Positions 16,051 through 23,864 of a stretch of 30,882 bases of DNA are shown one piece after another (the first letter of the stretch is position 1; every line of letters starts with the position of its first letter). The translations under genes and the position numbers were made by a program. The notes beneath the pieces are model-generated. The model saw nothing but the letters and a program-made list of their open reading frames with translations. It was not told the DNA's origin and did not search any database. Source of the DNA: Bdellovibrionales bacterium (GTDB lineage: Bacteria; Bdellovibrionota; Bdellovibrionia; Bdellovibrionales; UBA1609). The DNA lies in assembly GCA_050246815.1 (NCBI GenBank), contig JBFWVI010000015.1, positions 1 through 30,882 of the forward strand, given 5' to 3'.

Positions 16051-17005
16051 CGGCGAATCTTTCGGGCCATGTGACTGAGCCACCCTCGGTCAGGGTCATC
16101 ATGCGGTTCAAAGCACGTCGCGCTTGTTGGGCCACTTCAGGCTTTACATCGATGGCGGGCTTGAGGTTGGTGAAGGCCAAGGCGATTTTTTCGCGGGTGT
16201 TTAGCTTCATGTAGGGACATTCATTACAGGCACAAGAGCCTTCGGCTGGCGCTTCGAACAGCCTTGCATCGGGACGGCTTTTTTGCATTTGGTGCAAGAT
16301 ACCGGGTTCGGTGGCAACGATAAATTCGGTGGCGGGGTTTTTGCCGACCTCTTCAAGCAACTTTGAAGTGGAGCCAATCACGTCGGCCTGTTCAAGCACT
16401 TCATCGACGCATTCGGGATGGGCCAACACCACGGCCTTGGGATGTTTAAGTTTAAGCTCGAACATCTTACGCGCCGAAAATAGCACATGCACTTCGCAGG
16501 CACCCGGCCAAAGTTCCATTTCGCGGCCAATTTTTTTTGCCAAATAGCGACCTAAATTGCGATCGGGGCCGAAGAGAATTTTGCGCCCGGCCGGAATCGC
16601 TCGAATGATTTTTTCAGCATTGCTTGAGGTCACAATCACATCCGACAAAGCTTTCACTTCGGCGCTGGAATTCACATAAGTGGCGCAGATGGCGTCGGGG
16701 TGCCGCAGGCGCCAGCGCCGGTAATCGGCGGCCGGGGAATGCTCCACCAGTGAGCATCCGGCGGCCAGATCTGGGGCGAGCACGGTTTTCTCAGGCGCCA
16801 GGATCTTTACGGTCTCCGCCATAAACACGACACCGGCCAGCAGCACCACCGGGTTTTTGGCCTTTTGCCCTTGTTGCGCCAAGAACAGCGAATCGCCCAC
16901 ATGGTCAGCCAGATCTTGGATGGAGCTTTCTTCGTAATAATGGGCCAAAATCAGCGCATTGTGTTTGGCTTTGAGCTCTTTGATTTTGCTGTTGAGCGCA
17001 TCCAT
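16022..17005 (-). CDS. nadA: Quinolinate synthase A
   Basis: ILAHYYE, GDSL, GVVFMAET, AGCSL, YVNSSAEVKA, GACEVH, AHPEC, GSTS, CPYMK. The start at ATG 17005 fits the family N-terminus. Confidence 0.97.
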   Translation of the reverse strand: MDALNSKIKELKAKHNALILAHYYEESSIQDLADHVGDSLFLAQQGQKAKNPVVLLAGVVFMAETVKILAPEKTVLAPDLAAGCSLVEHSPAADYRRWRLRHPDAICATYVNSSAEVKALSDVIVTSSNAEKIIRAIPAGRKILFGPDRNLGRYLAKKIGREMELWPGACEVHVLFSARKMFELKLKHPKAVVLAHPECVDEVLEQADVIGSTSKLLEEVGKNPATEFIVATEPGILHQMQKSRPDARLFEAPAEGSCACNECPYMKLNTREKIALAFTNLKPAIDVKPEVAQQARRALNRMMTLTEGGSVTWPERFADELALSARA

Positions 17006-17162
17006 AGCGCCCCCACCATCCGCCCAAACTGTAAAAATGGCAAGCCGCCCGAGGTCTATGGAAGTTTGGTCTTGGATTTGCTGAGGAAAAACTCCCTTGG
17101 CCCGAATCTCGATCTGTTGCATTTGTGGCGGGATTGAAGCGGGGCTTTTATGGAGGATCTAT

Positions 17163-17615
17163 ATGGTTGTTCAAAAATTTTTACTCATTACCCTGTTGTT
17201 GGTAGCACCCCTGGCTTATGCTCAAAATGAAGCTCAGGCCCCTGCCAAAGCCAGCTTCGTTCGCTGCATGGGCACCCAATCAGGTAAGGCTGGTAAGTAT
17301 TTTTATGCCAGCTTCAAGGCAGCAAAAGTTTATGTTTATGAGCTGCCCAACAACCTTTCGCTCAGTCTTGAGCGAGCGGTTAAGGCGCGCCGTGAGTTCG
17401 ATCCTTCACCGCCGGTCAATTACTCGCAGGGATCCGACCAAGTGTGGGCGGAGTATCGAGAGGCAGCGCAGGCCATCGACGCGAAACTCAGAGAAATGGG
17501 TTGCATGCCTGAGGCTTCGAAGCCGGCTCCGACAGACTTGATCGAGGATGGGCTGTATGCCCCGCCCGTTAACCACAATATGAGTTGGGAAGACACTTTT
17601 CGATTCGCGAATTAA
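17163..17615 (+). CDS. Hypothetical secreted protein
   Basis: GGAGG RBS before ATG 17163; signal peptide ending AYA. Confidence 0.65.
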   Translation: MVVQKFLLITLLLVAPLAYAQNEAQAPAKASFVRCMGTQSGKAGKYFYASFKAAKVYVYELPNNLSLSLERAVKARREFDPSPPVNYSQGSDQVWAEYREAAQAIDAKLREMGCMPEASKPAPTDLIEDGLYAPPVNHNMSWEDTFRFAN

Positions 17616-17621
17616 GAATAC

Positions 17622-18218
17622 CTAAAGCTCGCCGCCCTTAAGAACGGTGATGATGGCACGCGAGACGGTTTTGAAAGATTCCAAAACCCCTTTGCCCTGA
17701 TTGGCCATGGCCTCGAAGTCTGGCGCATTGAAGCGATTCAGTGCTGTACGTAAGTCAGTCACCGGCAATGCGCTGGGCAAATCGCGTTTGTTGTACTGAA
17801 GCACCAAAGGCAGTTCACTTAAGTTGTAACCCTGCATTTCTAGATTTTTTTCTAGATTGTCCAAAGCTTGTAGGTTTTCTTCCATGCGTTCCGCTTGCGA
17901 ATCGGCCACAAAGATCACGCCGTCCAATCCGCGAATCAAAGGGCGGCGTAAGGAGTCATAAACCACTTGGCCTGGGACGGTGTAAACGTGAAAACGGGTT
18001 TCAAAGCCGCGAATGTCGCCCACATTCAAGGGCAAAAAATCGAAAAACAAGGTGCGCTCCACATCGGTGGGCAAAGAGAACATGTCGTCTTTGTTTTTTC
18101 CGCCGCCGGCCACTTCGTTGTACACCCACTGCATATTGGTGGTCTTGCCGCCCAAAGATGGACCGTAATAGACGATCTTGCAGTGAATGCGTTTGGCTTG
18201 GTGGTTGATGAATGACAT
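17622..18218 (-). CDS. mglA: MglA Ras-like small GTPase
   Basis: MSFIN..KIVYYGPSLGGKTTN, ERTLFFDFLPL, YTVPGQV, DGVIFVADS, QYNKRDLP. Confidence 0.95.
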   Translation of the reverse strand: MSFINHQAKRIHCKIVYYGPSLGGKTTNMQWVYNEVAGGGKNKDDMFSLPTDVERTLFFDFLPLNVGDIRGFETRFHVYTVPGQVVYDSLRRPLIRGLDGVIFVADSQAERMEENLQALDNLEKNLEMQGYNLSELPLVLQYNKRDLPSALPVTDLRTALNRFNAPDFEAMANQGKGVLESFKTVSRAIITVLKGGEL

Positions 18219-18836
18219 CTACAATTGCACCCGGTTTTCAATGGCTCGGCCCAAAGTTCTATAATCAATGTAGTCGATATCCCCGCCGATGGGAACACCG
18301 TGTGCGATGCGGGTGATCGACACGCCCATCTCACGAAGTAATTTGGCCAGATAAAGTACCGTTGTGTCACCCTCTAGATCGGCATCAAGGGCTAAAATCA
18401 CTTCACAAACGGGGTGGTCGGTGGTTTGGGAGCGGCGGATGCGCTCCATCAGGGCTTTGATTTTAAGGCTATCAGGGGTGACCCCTTCCAGCGGCGAAAT
18501 CGCCCCTTGCAGCACATGGTAGCGGCCTTTAAAGACACCTGAAGACTCAATGCGGGTGATATCCGAGGCATCTTCGACAACGCACAAGACTTTGTCGGTG
18601 CGCATGGTGTCGGCACAGTACTGACAAGCGCCGGTATTCTCGGTGTACGAATAACACTGGGGGCATTCGTGAACCTTGTCCTTAACCTCTTGTAGGGTAC
18701 GGCGCAGGGCGGCGACGTAGTCCGATTTGGATTTTAAAATATGGTAGGCCAGGCGCTGGGCAGTTTTGGGCCCTATGCCCGGCAGCTTGGCCAACTCGTG
18801 AACCAGCGCTTCAAGCGAAGGCACGTGAGCGATCAT
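18219..18836 (-). CDS. recR: Recombination mediator RecR
   Basis: LPGIGPKTAQRLAY HhH, CxxC..CxxC zinc finger, Toprim VVE..D, EGDTT, RIAHGVPIGG. Confidence 0.97.
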   Translation of the reverse strand: MIAHVPSLEALVHELAKLPGIGPKTAQRLAYHILKSKSDYVAALRRTLQEVKDKVHECPQCYSYTENTGACQYCADTMRTDKVLCVVEDASDITRIESSGVFKGRYHVLQGAISPLEGVTPDSLKIKALMERIRRSQTTDHPVCEVILALDADLEGDTTVLYLAKLLREMGVSITRIAHGVPIGGDIDYIDYRTLGRAIENRVQL

Positions 18837-18855
18837 GGGTGAAAACCGTCCTTAA

Positions 18856-19179
18856 TTAAAACATTCCGGGCATCATGCCGCCGGTGATTTTTTGCATCTC
18901 TTGTTCCGAGGTGGCCTTTGAGGTCTTTAAGGCCTCGTTGGCGGCGGTTAGAATCAGGTCTTGCAGCATTTCCACGTCACCGCTGGTCACCACTTCAGGT
19001 TTGATCGTAATCGAACTGATGCGGTTGTCACCACTGACTTTCACCAGCACTGCACCGCCGCCCGAAGAGCCTTCAAAGGTGCGGGTGGCCAGTTCTTCTT
19101 GGACCTTTTTCATCTTCATTTGCATTTGGTTGGCCTGCTTCATCAGTTGTTGCAAGCCGCCTCCGCCGAAGCCTTTCAT
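18856..19179 (-). CDS. ybaB: YbaB/EbfC nucleoid-associated protein
   Basis: MKQANQMQ, SGGGAVLV, DVEMLQDLILTAANEAL; located between dnaX and recR. Confidence 0.95.
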   Translation of the reverse strand: MKGFGGGGLQQLMKQANQMQMKMKKVQEELATRTFEGSSGGGAVLVKVSGDNRISSITIKPEVVTSGDVEMLQDLILTAANEALKTSKATSEQEMQKITGGMMPGMF

Positions 19180-20870
19180 GTCTTGTTCTCCTTGATGGAA
19201 CGGATTTCTGTTTTAAAGAGCGATTGCGCGGTTTTGACTAAGGGATGTTCTTCGATCTGGCGGCGCATCTCTTGGCGCTCGTTTTCGGCTTGTTGCACCA
19301 CTTGGGCTTTGGGGGTCATGGTGCTGCCTTGAGGCTCGGTGCCGACCACGTCCAGTTGGTAGCCGGGCCCCCAGAAAGTGGTCACGTAATTGAGCACCTT
19401 CTTTTTAAAGTCGGGTGCATTTAATTTGTCGACCAGAAATTTCATTTTGGGTGTCACACCCAAGACGATACGTTGGCCCTGCAGTTCTTTTAAAAAGCAA
19501 TTCTCAAGCTGGGCACCGATTATGGTGTTCACCGACTGGATGCGCTGAACCAGCTCAAACCAGGCTTCGTTACCCGCGCCGACGGGACCCGTGGTTTCGA
19601 TCACGGGTTGGGGGGCACTTGGCATCGGCGAAGTCGGCATCGGAGCTTCAGGTGTTGGTGGATACTGCGAAGCTGTGGTTTTGCCTGCAGCGGGGGCAGG
19701 TTTCGGGGGCTGGGCCTGGAGCCTTAGGCCGGCCGTCGACTGCGAGCTGCTGGTCTGGATTTCCGCTAGCTTCGCCCAGCGAGGGGCGGCGGTCATGCGT
19801 AAGATCGCCATCTCCATGGCGATGCGGGTGTCGGGTGCTCGTTGCAAGTCGTTGGTGCCCTTTAGGGCCATGTCGAAAAGGCTGTGGATATCTTCAGGGG
19901 TCACCCGCTCGCTCAAAATGGTCAGCGATTGTACTTCGCTGTCGGGTAGATCCACCACGGTGCCGGGTTTGCCCTGCAGCACTTTGATCATCAATAGGTG
20001 ACGGATTTGCTCCAAGAGATCTTGCATGAACAGACGGGCCTCAAAGCCGGCGGTGAAGACTCTTTCTAGAACGGCGATAGCGGCCTTGGCGTCTTGTTGC
20101 ACTAAAGCAAGCAGCATTTCGCTAAGGAGCGAGCGGTCCGTCAGCCCCAAAACTTCGGTCACTTTGGCCAAAGTCAGATTGTCACCGGCAAAGGTGATGG
20201 CCTGATCCAAAAAACTTTGGCTGTCGCGCATTGATCCCGCACCTTGACGGGCAATGGTCCACAGCGCGTCGGGGTCTGCTTTGATATTTTCGGAATCGCA
20301 GATGTTTTTTAAATGCGCGACGATGGCGCGGGTCGGGATACAGCGAAAATCAAAGCGCTGCACGCGCGACAAAACCGTTTCAGGAATTTTGTGCACTTCG
20401 GTGGTGGCCAAAACAAAAATCACATGGGAGGGAGGTTCCTCTAAAGTTTTGAGTAAAGCATTGAAGGCGCTGGTCGAAAGCATGTGCACTTCGTCGATGA
20501 TGTAAAGCTTGTACTTGCCGGTGGAGGGCATATAGCCGACGGTGTCGCGAAGTTCGCGAATGGCATCGACGCCGTTGTTGCTAGCGCCATCGATTTCAAT
20601 CACATTCAGGCTGCGGCCGCTGGCGATTTCTTCGCACTCCGAGCAGACATGGCAAGGCACGAAGTCTTTGGCGTTGGGGCAGCGAAGCGCCTTAGCCAAA
20701 ATTCGTGCGCTGGAAGTTTTACCCGTGCCACGTGGGCCGGTGAACAAGAGGGCGTGGTGGATGCGCTGATGGCGAAGGGCGTTTAGCAGGGTTTGGCTGA
20801 TATGCTCTTGCCCCACCAGTTCGGTGAAATCGCGGGGGCGCCATTTGCGTGCAATCACTTGGTATGCCAT
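19176..20870 (-). CDS. dnaX: DNA polymerase III subunit gamma/tau
   Basis: MAYQVIARKWRP start (ATG 20870), GPRGTGKT, EIDGASNNGVD, IIDEVHMLS, LLKTLEEPP, GSMRD; Pro-rich linker and C-terminal domain. Confidence 0.97.
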   Translation of the reverse strand: MAYQVIARKWRPRDFTELVGQEHISQTLLNALRHQRIHHALLFTGPRGTGKTSSARILAKALRCPNAKDFVPCHVCSECEEIASGRSLNVIEIDGASNNGVDAIRELRDTVGYMPSTGKYKLYIIDEVHMLSTSAFNALLKTLEEPPSHVIFVLATTEVHKIPETVLSRVQRFDFRCIPTRAIVAHLKNICDSENIKADPDALWTIARQGAGSMRDSQSFLDQAITFAGDNLTLAKVTEVLGLTDRSLLSEMLLALVQQDAKAAIAVLERVFTAGFEARLFMQDLLEQIRHLLMIKVLQGKPGTVVDLPDSEVQSLTILSERVTPEDIHSLFDMALKGTNDLQRAPDTRIAMEMAILRMTAAPRWAKLAEIQTSSSQSTAGLRLQAQPPKPAPAAGKTTASQYPPTPEAPMPTSPMPSAPQPVIETTGPVGAGNEAWFELVQRIQSVNTIIGAQLENCFLKELQGQRIVLGVTPKMKFLVDKLNAPDFKKKVLNYVTTFWGPGYQLDVVGTEPQGSTMTPKAQVVQQAENERQEMRRQIEEHPLVKTAQSLFKTEIRSIKENKT

Positions 20871-20888
20871 GCGAGAAGAGGGAGAGGC

Positions 20889-20972
20889 GGGGATGGCAGG
20901 CCCTTCTTTTCCCGTCTGCATTGCGTCACAAATGACGCAATGCAGACGGGAAAAGAAGGGCCTGCCATCCCC
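20889..20972. repeat. Perfect 40-bp inverted repeat with a 4-nt loop
   Basis: GGGGATGGCAGGCCCTTCTTTTCCCGTCTGCATTGCGTCA (20889-20928), loop CAAA, exact reverse complement at 20933-20972. It extends 6 more bp past a 1-nt bulge. Confidence 0.95.
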
Positions 20973-20983
20973 CCTCTCGCAAA

Positions 20984-21083
20984 GCGGCCAGGCACCCCGT
21001 ATCACATAAGGTCCCGGCTACCGTTGCTTCCTTTCGGATCTGGCGGGGTTCACTGGGGCCGTTATTGTACGGGACCTGGCCGC
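20984..21083 (-). ncRNA. ffs: Signal recognition particle RNA (small 4.5S type)
   Basis: Minus strand GCGGCCAGG...GTGAACCCCGCCAGATCCGAAAGGAAGCAACGGTAG...CCTGGCCGC: domain IV motif, complementary ends, and the usual position upstream of dnaX. Confidence 0.92.
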
Positions 21084-21087
21084 GGCC

Positions 21088-21116
21088 ACTGTACTTGATC
21101 AGGGGCAGGGGGACAA
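21088..21116 (-). promoter_or_regulatory. Sigma70 promoter of ffs
   Basis: Minus strand TTGTCC-N17-TACAGT followed by a GC-rich discriminator, just before the ffs 5' end. Confidence 0.65.
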
Positions 21117-21209
21117 GGGGATTGAGGCGTCTTTAAACCAACTTAAAATGACCGCCAAGCCAATTATGCGTAGGGTGGGCCCACACGATTAGGGGTGGCT
21201 GTTTTGCTG

Positions 21210-21238
21210 TTGAGATTTGGTCAATCTCTCTGTACTAA
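21210..21238 (+). promoter_or_regulatory. Candidate sigma70 promoter with an overlapping palindromic operator
   Basis: TTGAGA-N17-TACTAA; GAGATT-TGGTC-AATCTC inverted repeat (21212-21228) spans the -35 and spacer. Confidence 0.5.
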
Positions 21239-21264
21239 ACTATTTTTGACTAATTACGGACAAA

Positions 21265-22020
21265 ATGAAATCAACGTTATTCTTACACATGGGCCCGGGT
21301 CTAAACGCTCATGTCGAACGTCAAGTGCTTAGCGCGCATTTTCCAGAGGTGCATTTTTGGGATCAGCCGGCGGTTTTGGGTCCGGGCGCGTTTGATCAAT
21401 TGGTGCAAAGCGCGCTGGCGCAGGTGGAGTCCATGTATCAGTCCACCCAACGGCCTGTGAAATTGATGGCGCACAGTTTTGGCGGTCAATTGGCGCGGGC
21501 TATAATCGGGCGGCGCCCGGAACTGATCGGGGACTCGATTTTTTATAATGCCGGATATTGCCCGGCGACCGCATTTTATCGCCTATTGCGCCGTTTGGGA
21601 CAGGATGCGCAAACCCCCGGCGATTTGAAACAAGACATTGCCGCATTTTTAAAGCTTCATCCACAGGCCGAAATCAATCGTCTTTGGGATTACGTCACGA
21701 TGGTGGTGCGCGATGCGAACTTTATGCGCTTGTACTGGGCCAAGCAAAAGCACTTCGAGCATTACGTCGCCCTCAGTGCGGGCGGTCCAACACTTTTATT
21801 TCAAACCTTCCAAGATGTTTTAAATGATTTTTATTTAATAAGACGTCCAGCCCAACGTTTGGCTTGGTCCGGGCGGGTTCGGCTCGAAATGGGAGATCAA
21901 GATCCGCTGATCGACGTCCAGGCTGATGCGTCGCAATGGGGGGCGATCTTTGCCAACCTGCATCTGGTTGTTCAGCCAGATTCAGGCCATTACTCTCACC
22001 TTGAACCGTATTTTGATTGA
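21265..22020 (+). CDS. Alpha/beta-fold hydrolase
   Basis: LFLHMGPG oxyanion region, AHSFGG nucleophile elbow, GDQDPLI acid, SGHYSHLE His; no signal peptide. Confidence 0.88.
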   Translation: MKSTLFLHMGPGLNAHVERQVLSAHFPEVHFWDQPAVLGPGAFDQLVQSALAQVESMYQSTQRPVKLMAHSFGGQLARAIIGRRPELIGDSIFYNAGYCPATAFYRLLRRLGQDAQTPGDLKQDIAAFLKLHPQAEINRLWDYVTMVVRDANFMRLYWAKQKHFEHYVALSAGGPTLLFQTFQDVLNDFYLIRRPAQRLAWSGRVRLEMGDQDPLIDVQADASQWGAIFANLHLVVQPDSGHYSHLEPYFD

Positions 22021-22074
22021 AGCGACGGCCCCTCAACAAATAAGATAATTAAACAAACTTTTATGAGGAGCCGC

Positions 22075-22980
22075 ATGAAAAGCTTCACCACGACCAAGCT
22101 CGCCGCAAAGACGTTTACTGCTGAATTCGACAAAGCCACTTATCTTGAGCGAACGCGCCGCAATCGCTATTGGCTGGGCAGCGAAGAAGGCCAAATGCGC
22201 TTGCAGAACCTGCGGGTGGGCATCGCGGGTCTGGGTGGCATGGGCAGCAATATCGCCGAAATCCTAGTTCGTCTTGGCGTGGGCCACATTAAAATCGCCG
22301 ATCCAGATACTATTGAAGCATCCAATATCAACCGCCAGGTGATCGCCAATCGTAGCACCTTAGGGCAAAAGAAGGCGTTGGCTTCTGCCGCACAGCTGCG
22401 CGAGGTCGCTTCTGATTACGAACTGGTGGTATACGATGACGGGATTACCGAAGAAAACGCAAAAGAGTTTGTTTCTGACTTAGACGTGGTCATTGACGAA
22501 ATTGATGTTTCGCCGCTTGCACCGCATGTTTGGCTGCACCGTGAAGCTCAAAAGAAAAATCTGCCGATCTACTCGGGTTTTATTATTGGTATGGGAACCC
22601 ACATCTTTAAATATCAGGGCACGGACTACACCTTTGAAGACTTTATGGGTCACCAAGAGCACATGTACAAAAAGCCGACCTTGGATTTTATTTACGACCG
22701 CTTCTTTACGCCACGCCCCTCGTATTTGGAGTCGCATCGTGCCACCAAGGCGTTCCTGGATTCCGCCGCGCAGAGCTCGTTTCCAATCTTCGGGGCTTCG
22801 ACTTTTGGATCGCAAAGCTGCCTGGTCATACGTATGGTTTGTGACGTGATGAATCTAACCCAAACGCTTGGTGTGCCGCCCACACCAGTGATGCCGAAGT
22901 TCATCAAGCTCGACCCGCTCGATTTCACTTTTAAGATTTGTGACGTCGAAAATTACAAGGTGGAGCTGAGGCCGGCGTAA
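22075..22980 (+). CDS. ThiF/E1-family adenylyltransferase
   Basis: GAGGAG RBS before ATG 22075; RNRYWLG..GQMRL..LRVGIAGLGGMGS, ADPDTIEASNINRQ, VVIDEID. It lacks the MoeB/ThiF CxxC zinc motifs and resembles the ThiF type found beside N-acyl amino acid synthases. Confidence 0.9.
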   Translation: MKSFTTTKLAAKTFTAEFDKATYLERTRRNRYWLGSEEGQMRLQNLRVGIAGLGGMGSNIAEILVRLGVGHIKIADPDTIEASNINRQVIANRSTLGQKKALASAAQLREVASDYELVVYDDGITEENAKEFVSDLDVVIDEIDVSPLAPHVWLHREAQKKNLPIYSGFIIGMGTHIFKYQGTDYTFEDFMGHQEHMYKKPTLDFIYDRFFTPRPSYLESHRATKAFLDSAAQSSFPIFGASTFGSQSCLVIRMVCDVMNLTQTLGVPPTPVMPKFIKLDPLDFTFKICDVENYKVELRPA

Positions 22981-22990
22981 GACGCCGGTC
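22970..22990 (+). other. GC-rich hairpin over the ThiF stop codon (stabiliser, pause site or weak terminator)
   Basis: CCGGCGT-AAG-ACGCCGG; no adjacent U-tract. Confidence 0.35.
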
Positions 22991-23123
22991 CCCATGGAAT
23001 AAACATTTTTTTTCATTAAAGTTAGGCTAAACAAAAACCGTATTTATGATTGCCAGGCGACGATAAATCGCCTGGTGGCTGCAGAGTTTTTGTGGCCACC
23101 TCTCAAAAAAATCAGGTGAAAAT

Positions 23124-23864
23124 ATGGTTCTTCGCGCGGCGATCCTTGATTATCCGATGAAGGCTCTTGAAGCCCAACCCGCAGCCGGCAAAATGCTGGG
23201 TGACATCATTAAAAATAAGCAGATCAATTTCTTCAAAACCAGCCAAAGTTATGTGGTCATGGATAAGCATGACATGATCGGCACGCATTTTTTGATTTAT
23301 GACGTCGAGGATGTTTATAATCCAAAGTTGGTCTTGGCGATTCGCAACACCTACGAAGAGCGCTGCAAATTCCACGGGGTGCAGTTACCGATTGACGGTT
23401 ACATTCATTTGGCGGGCAAAGAGGCTGAAGGACTTCTTAAGGACATGCGAAAAAGGGTGGGCTCTTTGGTCGATTGCAATGCCTGGTTCGTGGACCCCAA
23501 TTACAGCAAGAAAAACTCTGACATGAACCTGTCCGAATTTGCCTTTTTAATGGTGACAACATTCATTATGCGGATGGGGCGTTCGCACTTCGTCGCCGCG
23601 ACCAACGAGAAATACAAGGCTTCACGCTGGATCCAAATGGCGGGCGAATTCCCCGAAGGGTATGGCTTCGTTCACCCGGCGGTGCCTGACTATCATTGTC
23701 TCGAGTTAGTAGAAAAATTCAAAACAGATTGGATGGCGAAGGCAACAGAGGAATACCGGGGGCTGCTGACCACGGCGCAAGAGGTCTTCGGTGAACCCGA
23801 GGCGATTCGCCCGGTTCAAGACGTGATTGCGCAGCTTAACCGCCCAAAACCAAAGGCGGCTTAG
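23124..23864 (+). CDS. Putative N-acyltransferase of the acyl-homoserine-lactone synthase / N-acyl amino acid synthase (FeeM-like) GNAT fold
   Basis: AGGTGA RBS; MDKHDMIGTHFLIYD...LVLAIR matches the D.xD...h.l......v...R core, and LVDCNAWFVDPNYSK matches the E.xR.xV.p.yR strand. The family call is by eye. Confidence 0.6.
   Translation: MVLRAAILDYPMKALEAQPAAGKMLGDIIKNKQINFFKTSQSYVVMDKHDMIGTHFLIYDVEDVYNPKLVLAIRNTYEERCKFHGVQLPIDGYIHLAGKEAEGLLKDMRKRVGSLVDCNAWFVDPNYSKKNSDMNLSEFAFLMVTTFIMRMGRSHFVAATNEKYKASRWIQMAGEFPEGYGFVHPAVPDYHCLELVEKFKTDWMAKATEEYRGLLTTAQEVFGEPEAIRPVQDVIAQLNRPKPKAA

Noticed and set aside
19488..19494. Slippery-like heptamer T TTA AAA in dnaX (possible gamma/tau frameshift)
   Set aside because: It is not the A AAA AAG type, lies inside the C-terminal domain rather than after domain III, and I see no clear stimulatory SD or hairpin.
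20871..21005. N-terminal extension of the dnaX ORF (609-aa version) and ORFs 20793-21098 and 20824-21009
   Set aside because: These frames run through the palindrome and SRP RNA; the family N-terminus MAYQVIARKWRP starts at 20870.
22075..22980. ThiF as MoeB/ThiF cofactor enzyme, CBASS/Bil E1, or MccB-type RiPP enzyme
   Set aside because: No CxxC zinc motifs, and no ThiS/MoaD/ubiquitin-like, E2, JAB or cyclase neighbour. No convincing precursor peptide is present (MIARRR does not end in Asn). Not fully excluded.
23046..23100. c-di-GMP-I or other known riboswitch in the acyltransferase leader
   Set aside because: Hairpins are present, but I do not see the GEMM consensus elements (GCAAA/GNRA tetraloop-receptor); an Rfam cmscan would settle it.
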